Positions 13,945-24,035 of a stretch of DNA of 64,000 nt are shown here, piece after piece. The DNA comes from an uncultured Chloroflexia bacterium (GTDB lineage Bacteria; Chloroflexota; Limnocylindria; Limnocylindrales; CSP1-4). A program made the translations under genes and the position numbers. The number at the start of each line of letters is the position of its first letter. Position 1 is the stretch's first letter. The stretch is taken from NCBI GenBank assembly GCA_963816675.1, contig CAWFLS010000011.1, forward strand, positions 207,430 through 271,429, written 5' to 3'. A model generated the notes under the pieces. That model ran no database searches, had not been told where the DNA came from, and worked only from the letters and a program-made list of their open reading frames with translations.

Positions 13945-14681
13945 CTACCGCCCCGGGCTCGTGGATGGCCGCGACGCGGGAGCGCGCGCCGCCGCGCCCG
14001 GTGGAGGGCGGACCGCGGGCGCTGCCGCCCGTAGTGGATCGCCGGACGCCGGGGCGTCGCGGCCTAGTGGATCGCCGGCGGCGGCACGGGCGCGGTTGCG
14101 TCGCGAAGGCGGCGGCGTCGAGGTGCCGGCGTTACCGGTCCGGCGCGGGCCTGTCTGCTCCGTCACGTCGCGCGATCCGCGACTGGACCTGTGCGAGGCG
14201 GGCCTGGAAGCCTTCCTCGTCGGTGCTGAAGACCGCTTCGGCGGCCGCCCTCGAGGCGCGCAGGACGAGCGGCCGCAGGACGGCCACGAACAGGAGCGTG
14301 CGAAGACGGGTCCGATCCTTCTGGGCCTGCTTCGTGTAGGCCGCGAAGTCGCGTTCGATCGTGCCGCGGACCTTGTCGCCGTCGCTGCCCAGCGAACGCA
14401 GCGTCTTCTCGATCTCGTCGGGGCAGCATCGACTGTCGGGAGCGGTGCTTCCGGTCCGCGAACGGCACGCTTGACGCGGCGGAACACGCGACCGCGGTCC
14501 GCCGAGCGACGATGAAGGCCGTGCCGCCAGCGACCGCGGCCGCCTTGGCGGGGTTCCTGCGAACCTTGGCCGGGATGTCCACCGCGGTGCGCGCCGACGC
14601 CTCGAGCGTCTCGAACTCCTCGCCGAGCGCGGTCCGAGCCGCTAGGACCCGGTCCCGGGCGGCATCCGTCTCTGTAGCCAC
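13945..14681 (-). CDS. DUF3618-like small protein (helical N-terminus, one TM); frame breaks; both ends uncertain
   Basis: Stitched reading: [58 protein letters not shown], then ...[34 protein letters not shown] in another frame. Confidence 0.4.
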
Positions 14682-15480
14682 TCGAGCGTCTCCTTGCTGG
14701 TATCGATGGTGATGTCCGGATAGAAGCGAGCCTTGAGGGCCTCCATGTCGATGCCGGTCCGGACCGACGCCGATGGCCAGGACGGCGAGGAAGGTCACGA
14801 GGCCGAGGGTGATCCCGAGTGCCGTGCCGACCTGGCGGCCGTACGTCACCGCCGTCAGGGCGCCGATGATCACGCCACCGACGATCGAACCGGCCAGGGC
14901 CGTGAAGCGGCCGCCGGCGCGTGCGTTCATCGTCGCCGCCAGGAAGATGCCGGCGAGCAGCCCGACGAGACCGCCGACGATGATCCCGACGACGAGCGGT
15001 CGGATCCCGACGTTGACCGGCAGCGCCGACGCGTCGCCGATCGCCGCGTAGAGCTTGTTCAGGAGGCCGAGTCCGAGGACGACGCTCGCGAGCGCGGCGA
15101 CGACGATCCCGGACAGCGCCGCCCGGATGTAGAGGTTGCTCGGCACGCGGAGGATCAGCAGCACGCAGACGAGGGCGATCGACGCGAACAGCAGAAGACC
15201 GTGGACGATCCCCCAGCCCATCGACCCGAACAGCCACTCGCCGAGGAACAGGGCACCGCCGATGACGAGCAGGAGCGACGGCGAGGAGGACGACGACGAA
15301 GGCCGCGTCGCCGAGCGCGAGCGCCGCGTCCGATCTCGCCGGCGATCTCGGCCATCTCGGCCTTGGCGAGCTCGATGTGGGCCTGGAGCAGGAGGACGGC
15401 CGCCTCGCGGGTCGCTCGGATCTGGGCGCGCAGTCCCGGCGGCGCCTTGCGGGCCGCGCGGCGGCGGTCCGCCGGCGGAG
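14642..15480 (-). CDS. Multi-TM membrane protein with holin-X/DUF1469-like N-terminal helix; frame breaks; start unresolved
   Basis: LLLQAHIELAKAEMAEIAGEIGR is followed (after frame slips) by the TM-rich ORF 14163..15221 (GWGIVHGLLLFASIALVCVLLIL...). The probable tail is [29 protein letters not shown], with TAG at 14642. Confidence 0.4.
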
Positions 15481-15771
15481 GTGGCGGCGATCGCCGGACG
15501 GCAGGGAGGCCCGGACGGCGGCGGCGCCGAAGGCGCGGGATCCGGACGGCGGCGGACCGCCAGCAGGCGGGTTGGCGGTCGCGGGCGGCGTGCCCGACGC
15601 GCGGCGTTCCGGCGGCGGTGTTCGGGCGGCGGAGTCCCGGCGGGCGGCGGAGTCGTCGTCGGGTCGTCCAGGGTGCTGCTCCGACTGCGGATCTGGGCGT
15701 GGGCCAGCTGGGCGTGGGCCGGAGCGGATGATACCAGCGCGCGCGACGCTCCTCCGCGCTACGCTGCGGCG

Positions 15772-17066
15772 GTGACCGTGCCAGCGACCCATCACGTCTT
15801 GACCGCTGAGCTTCTCAGCATCGGGAGCGAGCTGACGGTCGGCGACACCCGAGACACGAATGCCGGGGAGCTCGCCCGGAGCCTGACCTCCCTCGGCGTG
15901 CGGGTGCTCCGGCTGACCGCGCTGCCGGACGATCTCGCGTCGGTGACCGCCGCTTTCAGCGACGGCCTGTCACGAGCCGACCTCGTGGTTTCGACCGGCG
16001 GACTCGGGCCGACCCCCGACGACCTGACGCGCGAGGCGATCGCCGCGGCCTGCGACGAGACGGTCGCTGTCGATCCGGCGACCGAGGCGTGGCTGCGCGA
16101 GCTGTGGACCCGGCGCGGGATGCCCGTTCCCGGAGCTCAACCTCAAGCAGGCGTGGCTGATCCCGTCGGCGGAGGCACTGCCCGAACCCGAACGGCACTG
16201 CGCCCGGCTGGTTCGTCCGCCGGCCGAGCGGCGGCGTGATCGTCGCCCTGCCCGGGTCCGCCTCGCGAGATGCGGCCGATGTGGAACGACGAGGCACTGC
16301 CCCGACTCCAGGCGATCGGCCTCGGAGCCGATGTCGCCGCGCGGACGTACCGCCTCGCCGGGCGTCGGCGAATCGCAGGTGGCGGAGCTCCTGGGCGAGG
16401 ACATCCTGCGCTCGACGAACCCGGTCGTCGCGACGTACGCCCGCGTCGAGGCCGTCGACGTCCGGATCTCGGCCGTCGGCGACGACCACCGGTCGGCCGG
16501 CTCGCTCGTCGAGTCCGCAGCGGAGACGGTTCTCGCCACGCTCGGCGAGCTACGTCTGGGCGACCGGCGAGACGACGTGGGGCGACGCCATCGGTGCGCG
16601 ACTCGGCGATCTCGGATGGACGCTCGCCGCCGTCGAGATCGCGACGGGCGGCAGCCTGGCGGCGCTGTTCGGCGACGTTGCCGTGGGTCCGCTTCGACGA
16701 GGTCATCGCCGGCGATGCGCCCGTGCGCCCGCGCCCACGGAACGACCGGACGCGGACGCCGAGGACGAGCTGCGGACGCCGACCGCGCGCGCCGAGATCG
16801 ACACGAACGGAACCGAGTGCCGGCCGCGACGGCTTGGTCGCAGTTCGCGCGTCAGGCGCGCGGACCTCGGCGGCTCCGAGGTCGGGATCGCCGTTCGGAT
16901 GCGCGACCGGACGACCGACATCGCCGTCTCGATCGCGATCTCGTCGCCGACCGGCGAGCGTCACGTCACACGGCAGGTCTTCCGGACCGGGACCGGCAAC
17001 GGGCACCGCGCGGCCCTCGCAGCCGCGGCGGTCCTCCTAACCGAAGGACAGCCTCCGCCGGAGTGA
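15772..17066 (+). CDS. cinA: CinA-family protein (MoCF-biosynthesis domain plus nicotinamide-nucleotide amidase domain); several frame breaks
   Basis: LTAELLSIGSELTVGDTRDTNAGELA...VVSTGGLGPTPDDLTREA (tail of ORF 15136..16239). It continues as LNLKQAWLIP / PREMRPMWNDE / VVATYARVEAVDVRI across three frames and ends ...AALAAAAVLL at 17066. Confidence 0.8.
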
Positions 17067-17170
17067 CGGCGCCGACGGCCGCGACTGGACTTCGTCACTC
17101 CGTCGACAGACCACGGTCGGCGGCGCGAACGACCGAGCGGTCCCGGTCGACTCACGGCAGCCCGGGCGCG

Positions 17171-17870
17171 TCAGCGGCGCGAGAGCGCCACGAGCCCCGG
17201 CACATCGACCACGACGATGCCCTCGCGGTCGAGACGGACCAGGTGGTCGTCGGCGAACTGGCCCAGCAGCTTGTTCACGCTCTGGCGGGTGCAGCCGACC
17301 ATCGCAGCCAGGTCGCCCTGGGTGATCGTCGGCGGGAGCCGGACCGAACCGTCCTCGCCGGCCGTGCCCGCCTCGGACGCGAGCCGAACGAGCCGCGCCG
17401 CGAGCCGTCCGGTCATGTCGAGGAAATGGAGCTCCTCGACATGCCTGGTGAGCCGCCGCAGCTCGCCCGCGAGCGAGGCGAGGAGAGCATCGCGGACCGC
17501 CGGCTCCTGGGCGATGAGGACACGGAACGCGTCCCGCGGCAGAACGGCGCACTACGGTGGCGACGATCGCCGTTGCGGTCGCCGAGCGAGGCGCGCCATC
17601 GAGCAGCGCGAGCTCACCGAAGACGTCGCCCGCGCGCAAGGTCGCGATGATCGCCTCGTCACCGCTGTCGGACGGCAGCGAGATCTTGACCTCGCCCGAT
17701 ACGAGGATGAACAGGGCGTCGCCCGGATCGCCGACGTGGAAGATCACCTCACCACGGCGGAAGCGGCGGGTCCGCATGCCGGCGGCGACCCGTTCGACCG
17801 CGGGAGCGTCGAGGCCGGCGAAGAACGGGATCCGCGCGATCGATTCGGTGACAGGGGCGGCGGGCAACAT
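17171..17870 (-). CDS. Crp/Fnr-family cNMP-binding transcriptional regulator; frame break(s) ~17430-17550
   Basis: The N-terminal cNMP-binding domain (RRGEVIFHVGDPGDALFILVSGEVKI...GDVFGELALLDGAPRSATA) is in ORF 17037..17870. The HTH (TQGDLAAMVGCTRQSVNKLL) is in ORF 17171..17416. Confidence 0.85.
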
Positions 17871-17984
17871 CGGCGCGCATCGTAGCGTTCGGGATCGATG
17901 CGCTGCCTAGCCGATGTCGGCCACCCGCGACGCCCGACTCGCCGGCGAGCACTGCGTCCGCGGCGGCCCGGATAACGCGCGGCA

Positions 17985-20209
17985 TCAGTCGGCGTCGGGC
18001 GCGAGCTCCGCGGCCATCTGCCAGAACGAAGCCGACTCTGTCGCCGCGCCGAGCGACCGCGCCGATTCGGCGGCGTCGACGAGCAGCGGGACGGCCCGCA
18101 CGGCGTCGCCGGCGGCGGCCCGGTGGATCGCGATCTGCACTGGCGGCCACGATCTCGGCTCCGCCTCGAGCAGGTCGGCGAACCGGGCGTGGAGCCGCCG
18201 CCGCCTCGCGGCGAGCATGCCGGCGTACGCCGCATCACGGACCAGCGGGTGGCTGAACCGCCAGGTCCCCGCCTCGCCGGGCACCACGAGCGCCGCTTCG
18301 ACCAGCCGGTCGAGAGTGCCGTCGGGGATCGGCCGTTCGGCCAGGGCTGTCAGGTCCTCGAAGCGGAACCCGATGCCGACGACGGCCGCGACACCGAGGA
18401 GATCCCGCGCCGGCTCGTCGAGCCCATCGATACGCGCGCCGAGCACGGCTCGGAGCGTCAACGGCAGCTTCGGGGCGCCGGCCTCGACCAGCGTCATCCG
18501 GCCGTCCCGGAGCTCGAGCGAGCCGTCCTCGATCGAGGCTCGGACGGTCTCGCCGATGAAGAGCGGGTTTCCCTCGGTTCGATCGTGGATCCGCTGTGCG
18601 TCGTCGGCGTCGAGCGCGGCGCGCGCGACGATCGTCGCAAGCCGAGCCGTTTCTGGCGCAGCCGAGGCCGGCCAGTGACACGCGCTCGACGTGCGGGAGG
18701 TCGGCCCAGGGAGGCGCGACGCCGGGGCGCATCGTCGCCAGGACCACGAGAGGCCGTGACGCCGCCGTCCTCACCAGGAGGTCGACCATCCCGGCGCTCG
18801 AAGGATCGATCCAGTGAACGTCGTCGACCACGACGACGCGCGGGCCGTCGGCGCTGAGCAGGCGATCGACATACGCGTCGGCGACCTCGCCGAGGATCGC
18901 CGCCGTCTCGGCAGGGTCGTCGGGCATGTCGGTCGACTCGGTCTCCCAACCGGTAGAAGGCCGCTTCCTTGGCGATCGCCGCGATGGCACCACCGAATCG
19001 GTGAGCGGTCGACTCGTCGATCTCGCTCGTGAACAGCAGCTTGCGCACGAAGGCGCCCGAATCGACGCCATGCCCGTCGGCGACTGCCTGGGCGAACATC
19101 CGCGCGAACCGGAATGGCTCGCTGCGGCCATACGACACGTTCTCCGTCCACGTCCAGGCGTAGCCGAGCCGGCGGGCCTCGGGCTCGAGCGCCGCGAGCA
19201 GCCGCGATTTGCCCATTCCCGAATCGCCGGTGATGAGGATCGCTGTCCCGAGGCCGGTCCGCTTCGTGTCTTCGAGGGCTCGGCGCAGGAGGGCGACCTC
19301 TGGCGCCCTGCCGACGAGCGGCCCGACGGGCACGTGGCGGGTGCCCGTGGACGCCAGGCCGACCTCTCCCGCGAGCGCGTACAGGCGGACGACCGACGAC
19401 TGGCCTCGCAGCACGACCGAGCCACGGTCGTCCACGGCCAGGCGCTCTCGGCCGCCGCGGACGGTGGCCTCGTCGAGCAGGATCTCGCCGGGACGAGCCA
19501 GGGACTGGATCCGGGCGGCGGTGGTGATGGCCTCGCCCGTCACCGACAGGTCGCCAGCCCCCGAGCTGCCAGGTGCTGCGACGACCTCGCCTGTCGCGAG
19601 GCCGATCCGGACCTCGAGCGGCTCGCCGCCGTCATCGGGTTCGCGCAGGGCTGCGCGGATCGCAAGCGCGGCCAGCGCCGCGCGCACCGGATCGTCGTCG
19701 TGCGCCCGGGGCCAGCCGAAGATCGCGAACACCGCATCGCCGATGAACTTCTCGCGCGTCCCGTCGAGGCGTTCGATGGCGTCGGCCATCCGGCCGAGCG
19801 CGTTACGGACCCGGCGTCCGGACTTCCTCGGGATCGTGCTCGGCGATCATCCGGACGTAGTCGACGATATCTGCGAAGAGCGCGGTCACGACCCGGCGAT
19901 CGCCGGCTTCGTGGGCCTCGAGCGGCGGAGGCGCGGCGGCGGTCGCGACGGCCTCCGGCGGAGCCGTCTGCGCGGCGGCGGTCTCGGCGCCGTGCCCCGG
20001 CCGTCAAGGCCGCGTGGGCGGCGGCCGTCTCGGCCGTCGACACCGGTCCCGCCTGCCGCCTGTCCCGCTTGCGACGCAGCCATTCGGGCGGCGCGCGCCT
20101 CGAACGTCGCCCCGTGCGCACCGGCGCGCGGGAGGGTCAGCCTGGTCCCGCATTGGTCGCAGAAGCGGGCCTGCCGGGTCGTCGGGGCGCCGCACGATGG
20201 GCATTGCAC
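17985..20209 (-). CDS. Zinc-ribbon / class III adenylate-guanylate cyclase / AAA-type ATPase / helical-repeat signalling protein; several frame breaks
   Basis: Start MQCPSCGAPTTRQARFCDQCG (20209). The cyclase core is FIGDAVFAIFGWP...RIGLATGEVV. The P-loop is ILITGDSGMGKSRLL. The C-terminal helical region is in ORF 17985..18497. Confidence 0.8.
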
Positions 20210-20259
20210 GCTGGAGGCCTCCGTTGCCGGACGGCCAGTCTAGCGAGCGAGCTGGAGCG

Positions 20260-21339
20260 TCAGGAGATCGTGAGCACCGGCTGCGCAGCGGCGGTGGCCG
20301 CTCGAACGCTCATCCGCGCGGCGATCGCCTGGGCGACCGAACTCAGTGCCCGCGCCGCAGGACCCGGCTCGCGCTGGGCAACCGCCGGCACACCGACATC
20401 GCCGCCCTGGCGGACCGTGATGTCGAGCGGGATGCCGCCGAGGTACTCGAGACCGTTCGCGGCCGCGAACCGCTCGCCGCCGCCGCGCCCGAAGATCTCG
20501 GTCAGCTCGCCGCAGTGCGGGCAGGCGAAGGCCGTCATGTTCTCGACGAGCCCGATCACCGGGACGCTCATCCGCTGGAACATCGCGAGAGCCTTCCCGA
20601 CGTCGGACAGCGACACCTCCTGCGGCGTCGTGACCAGCACCGCGCCCGAGATCGGGACGGCCTGGGCGAGCGTCAGCTGGGCATCGGACGTGCCCGGCGG
20701 AAGGTCGATGACGAGATAGTCGAGATCGCCCCAATCGACGTCGCGGAGGAACTGCTGGATCGCGCCACCGACAAGCGGTCCGCGCCAGACGATCGGCTGG
20801 CCCTCGGGGACGAAGAACTGGATCGAGATGGTCTTGACGCCATACCGCTCGAGCGGCGTGATCTTGTTGTTCGCGCTCGCCTTGGGCTGGCCTTCGACGC
20901 CGAGCATCAGCGGGATGTTCGGGCCCGTGATGTCGCCGTCGAGGAGGCCGACCGACGCACCGGCCTGGGCCAGCGCGACGGCGAGGTTGACGCTCACGGT
21001 GCTCTTGCCGACGCCGCCCTTGCCCGACGCCACCGCGATGATGTTCTTGACACCGGGAACGAGTTGCTCGGCCTGGCGCGGCTGCGAGCGGCGGACCATC
21101 GCGCCCCACTCGATCTGGACGGCGGAGGCACCGAGGTTCCCGAGCGCGATCCGCGTGTTGCGCTCGATCTCGTCCTTGAGCGGACAGGCCGGGGTCGTGA
21201 GCTCGATCGTGAGGGAGACCTTGTTTTCGTCGATGACGACGTTCTTGACCATGTCGAGCGCGATGAGGTCGCGCCCGAGCTCAGGTTCCTGGACCGTGCG
21301 CATCGCAGCGATCACGTCGTCGTGGGTGAGGCTGGGCAT
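20260..21339 (-). CDS. apbC: Mrp/ApbC/NBP35-family iron-sulfur cluster carrier ATPase
   Basis: Intact ORF; ATG at 21339 follows a GAAGGGA RBS. It has a DUF59-like N-terminus, the deviant Walker A VASGKGGVGKST, and CPHCG. Confidence 0.9.
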   Translation of the reverse strand: MPSLTHDDVIAAMRTVQEPELGRDLIALDMVKNVVIDENKVSLTIELTTPACPLKDEIERNTRIALGNLGASAVQIEWGAMVRRSQPRQAEQLVPGVKNIIAVASGKGGVGKSTVSVNLAVALAQAGASVGLLDGDITGPNIPLMLGVEGQPKASANNKITPLERYGVKTISIQFFVPEGQPIVWRGPLVGGAIQQFLRDVDWGDLDYLVIDLPPGTSDAQLTLAQAVPISGAVLVTTPQEVSLSDVGKALAMFQRMSVPVIGLVENMTAFACPHCGELTEIFGRGGGERFAAANGLEYLGGIPLDITVRQGGDVGVPAVAQREPGPAARALSSVAQAIAARMSVRAATAAAQPVLTIS

Positions 21340-21503
21340 CGTTGATCGGTTCCCTTCGGATCGTGGCGGAGTGCTGCCGGCGTTCTGACGGCGGGAGCGT
21401 CGATATCGTACCGCGCAGTTCCGGAGGCCGGGCTGAAGGCCCTTTCGCACGCGGCCTATCGCCGCGATCGGCACGTTCCGCGGCCGCTGGTATCGTGGCG
21501 CCG

Positions 21504-22212
21504 ATGAACGACGAGGCCGATCCAGGAGCCGTCGCGGCCCAGGCGCGGGTCGATGCGCTGCTCGACCGGCTGACTCGGGTGGACCTTCAGGTGGTCGTGG
21601 TCCCGCCTCCCGACTCCGAGCGGCTCGACGCCCAGGAACGCGCTCGTGCGGCAGCGGCGGCCGCCGGCCGCGGCGTCGCTTCTCGCGTCGTCGCGGACGG
21701 CCACGCGCGAGTTGACGTTACGGGCATTCCGCCGGGCGGGGTTCAGCGGCACGTGGGCAGTCACGGACATGGCCGTGTCCGTCGCAAGACCCGAGGACCG
21801 TGTGGCGGCCGCGATCGCGTTCGAGGAAGCCGCGATGGCGGCCGTCGTCGAGGATCTCGTCGATGAGGAGACGCTCGACACGCTCCGGTCGACATCGGAC
21901 GACCTCGTGAGCCTCACCGGCCTCCCATCACCGGGATCGTTGACGGCGATCGGCGCGCCTACCGAACTCGAGGGCCGCGGCCTTCTCGTCGTCACGGTCG
22001 TCGCGATCATCGTCATCGCTCTCGCCGTCATCGCGTTCGTGGCGGGCGGGCGGAGCGCGCTGGTCGCGCTCGCGTTCGCGATCGCGATGGTCGGCCGGTC
22101 TGTGGCGCCGGCATCGCCGGCACCGATCCCTGAACAACGCGATCCCGATGCCGCCCGAGCTCGGCCTTATCCGCCGATGGCCGGTCAGGCGGCTCGACAG
22201 CCTAAGCGTTGA
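21504..22212 (+). CDS. Hypothetical protein with C-terminal TM anchor; one frame break ~21690
   Basis: ATG at 21504 (MNDEADPGAVAAQARVDALLDRL...) continues in the ORF 21646..22212 frame, with a hydrophobic stretch LLVVTVVAIIVIALAVIAFVAG. I recognise no family. Confidence 0.4.
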
Positions 22213-22246
22213 CGCGGCGCGGCGCGGCCCTGACTCGCGACCCGGA

Positions 22247-22703
22247 TCACCGACGGCCGAATGTCGCCTTGACGTCCGGCTGGTAGAGGTACCACAGGAC
22301 GACTACGGCGAGGACGGCCGGAGCCAGCGATCCGACGATCGTGCGCGAGGATCTCCGTGGTGATGCCGTCGCCCAGGAATGACAACGCCACGCCGATGAC
22401 GCCGACGAGGATGCAGACGCTCGCCCAGACCCGGGCGATCAGCCATGCCCAGTTGCGCCCCGTCCACAGGCCGTAGCCCGTCGCGACGCCAAGGATCCCG
22501 ACGAGCACCAGGCCGACGCCGACGATGGTCATGACCCCATCGATCGTCGCCCCGAAACCGCGGTCGCCGAGGAACCCTCCGCCCATCCCGATGTCTCCGA
22601 GCCCGGCGAGGATGTCCACCACGCCGGAGATCACGGCGACCGCGGCCATCACGGCCACTCCCGTCGGTCGCGCAGTCGTCGGTCGATCAGTCGCAGTCGT
22701 CAT
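22247..22703 (-). CDS. Small 4-TM membrane protein; one frame break ~22330
   Basis: ORF 22185..22703 is TM-rich. The corrected tail IVGSLAPAVLAVVVLWYLYQPDVKATFGRR ends at TGA 22247. Confidence 0.5.
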
Positions 22704-22790
22704 CGAATCCCTCCGTCGGTGCTGACGCTTGTGATACGCCGCGGGTCAGCATGTCACTTCTGCGCACGGAAATACACATCGAAGAGCCGC

Positions 22791-23642
22791 TTACGGCTCG
22801 AGCAACCGCCGCCGGATCGTCTCGTGGAGCAGCCCGTTGGAGCACAGGAACGTCCCGGTGTCGACGCGCCGGCGCCCATCCAGGTCCGTGGCGCGGCCGC
22901 CGGCCTCCTCGATGAGCAGCATCGGCGCGGCGGCGTCCCAGGGCGATAGCTCGACCTCGACCATCGCCTCTGCGGCGCCCTCGGCGATCAGGGCGTAACC
23001 CCAGAAGTCGCCGAAGCCCCGTTCCCGCCAGACATCGCGCAGGAGGCGGTCGAACCCGGGCGCCCGGCCCGACGCCATGATGTCCCGGCCAGACCCGTAC
23101 AGGACCTGGGCATCCTCGAGGCGTGAGACGGCCGAGACCGAAACTCGCCGACTGTCCTGGCCGCGGTTCCGGGCCCACGCACCGCCGCCGCGCCAGCCCC
23201 ACCAGCGTTCGTCGAGCGCGGGTGCGGACATTACCCCGGCCTGCAGCTCGCCGTCGCGCTCGACCGCGAGGAGTGTCCCGAACAACGGGACGCCTCGCAT
23301 GAAGTTGTGGGTCCCATCGATCGGGTCGATGTACCAACGGACGGACGCGTCGCCAGCCTCGATCCCGTACTCCTCGCCGATCATCCCGTGGTCGGGAAAG
23401 GCCGTGTGAAGGCGGTCTCGGATCATCTGCTCGATCGCCGTGTCGGCCTGCGTGACGAAGCTGCGGTCCGGCTTCGTTTTGATGACGAGGTCCCGGCGGA
23501 AGTGGCCGCGGGCGATCGCGTCGGCCTCGTCGCAGGCCGCCATAGCGACGTCCAGCCACCCTCGCAGCTCGGCGTCCGACCCTCGCCGGAACGACGCCGA
23601 CCACGCAGTCCCGAAGGCAGGCTCCGCGGTGTTCTCCGTCAT
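22791..23642 (-). CDS. Inositol monophosphatase family protein (possibly histidinol-phosphatase HisN)
   Basis: Internal ATG at 23642 (MTENTAEPAF...). IMPase motifs GEEYG, WYIDPIDGTHNF and SPWDAAA. Intact. Confidence 0.8.
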   Translation of the reverse strand: MTENTAEPAFGTAWSASFRRGSDAELRGWLDVAMAACDEADAIARGHFRRDLVIKTKPDRSFVTQADTAIEQMIRDRLHTAFPDHGMIGEEYGIEAGDASVRWYIDPIDGTHNFMRGVPLFGTLLAVERDGELQAGVMSAPALDERWWGWRGGGAWARNRGQDSRRVSVSAVSRLEDAQVLYGSGRDIMASGRAPGFDRLLRDVWRERGFGDFWGYALIAEGAAEAMVEVELSPWDAAAPMLLIEEAGGRATDLDGRRRVDTGTFLCSNGLLHETIRRRLLEP

Positions 23643-23933
23643 CGCCAAATCCTCGCACCTTCGGGATCCCAGAGCGGCTCGCGGACGACCTCGAAGCCGA
23701 TCCACTCCCCGAACACCTCGACCTCGCCGCGCGTTCCGGTCACCGCATCCGCCGCGGAGATAGGCGTACGCGATCGAGCGCCCGACTGCGAAGCCATAGC
23801 CGCCCGAGGTCACACGGCCGACGATCTCGCCACCGACGCGGACGGGCTTTGGCCGGTCGGTCCTGAAATACTCGCTCGACAGCCGGGGAATCCCGCTAGA
23901 CGCGGCCGCAGTCCCGGCACAGACTCGTAGCGG
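23639..23933 (-). pseudogene. 3' remnant of a GcvT/aminomethyltransferase-family gene (C-terminal barrel only)
   Basis: Reads ...PKPVRVGGEIVGRVTSGGYGFAVGRSIAYAYL then (frame slip) PAADAVTGTRGEVEVFGEWIGFEVVREPLWDPEGARIWR*. An in-frame stop lies at ~23934. No folate-binding N-terminal part appears in any frame upstream. ATGA overlap with the IMPase start. Confidence 0.65.
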
Positions 23934-24035
23934 TTACGGCGACGGGGGCTGCCGTGCCGGTCGGATCGGTATCGTCGAGAGCGTCAGGCATCCGGCCTCC
24001 CTGGGCCCATGTTCGTCACGGGGAGGAGACGCGCC

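Noticed and set aside
13945-15795. 616-aa Pro/Arg-rich ORF
   Set aside because: It is mostly an out-of-frame reading of the two membrane-protein genes. Only short segments of it correspond to plausible protein.
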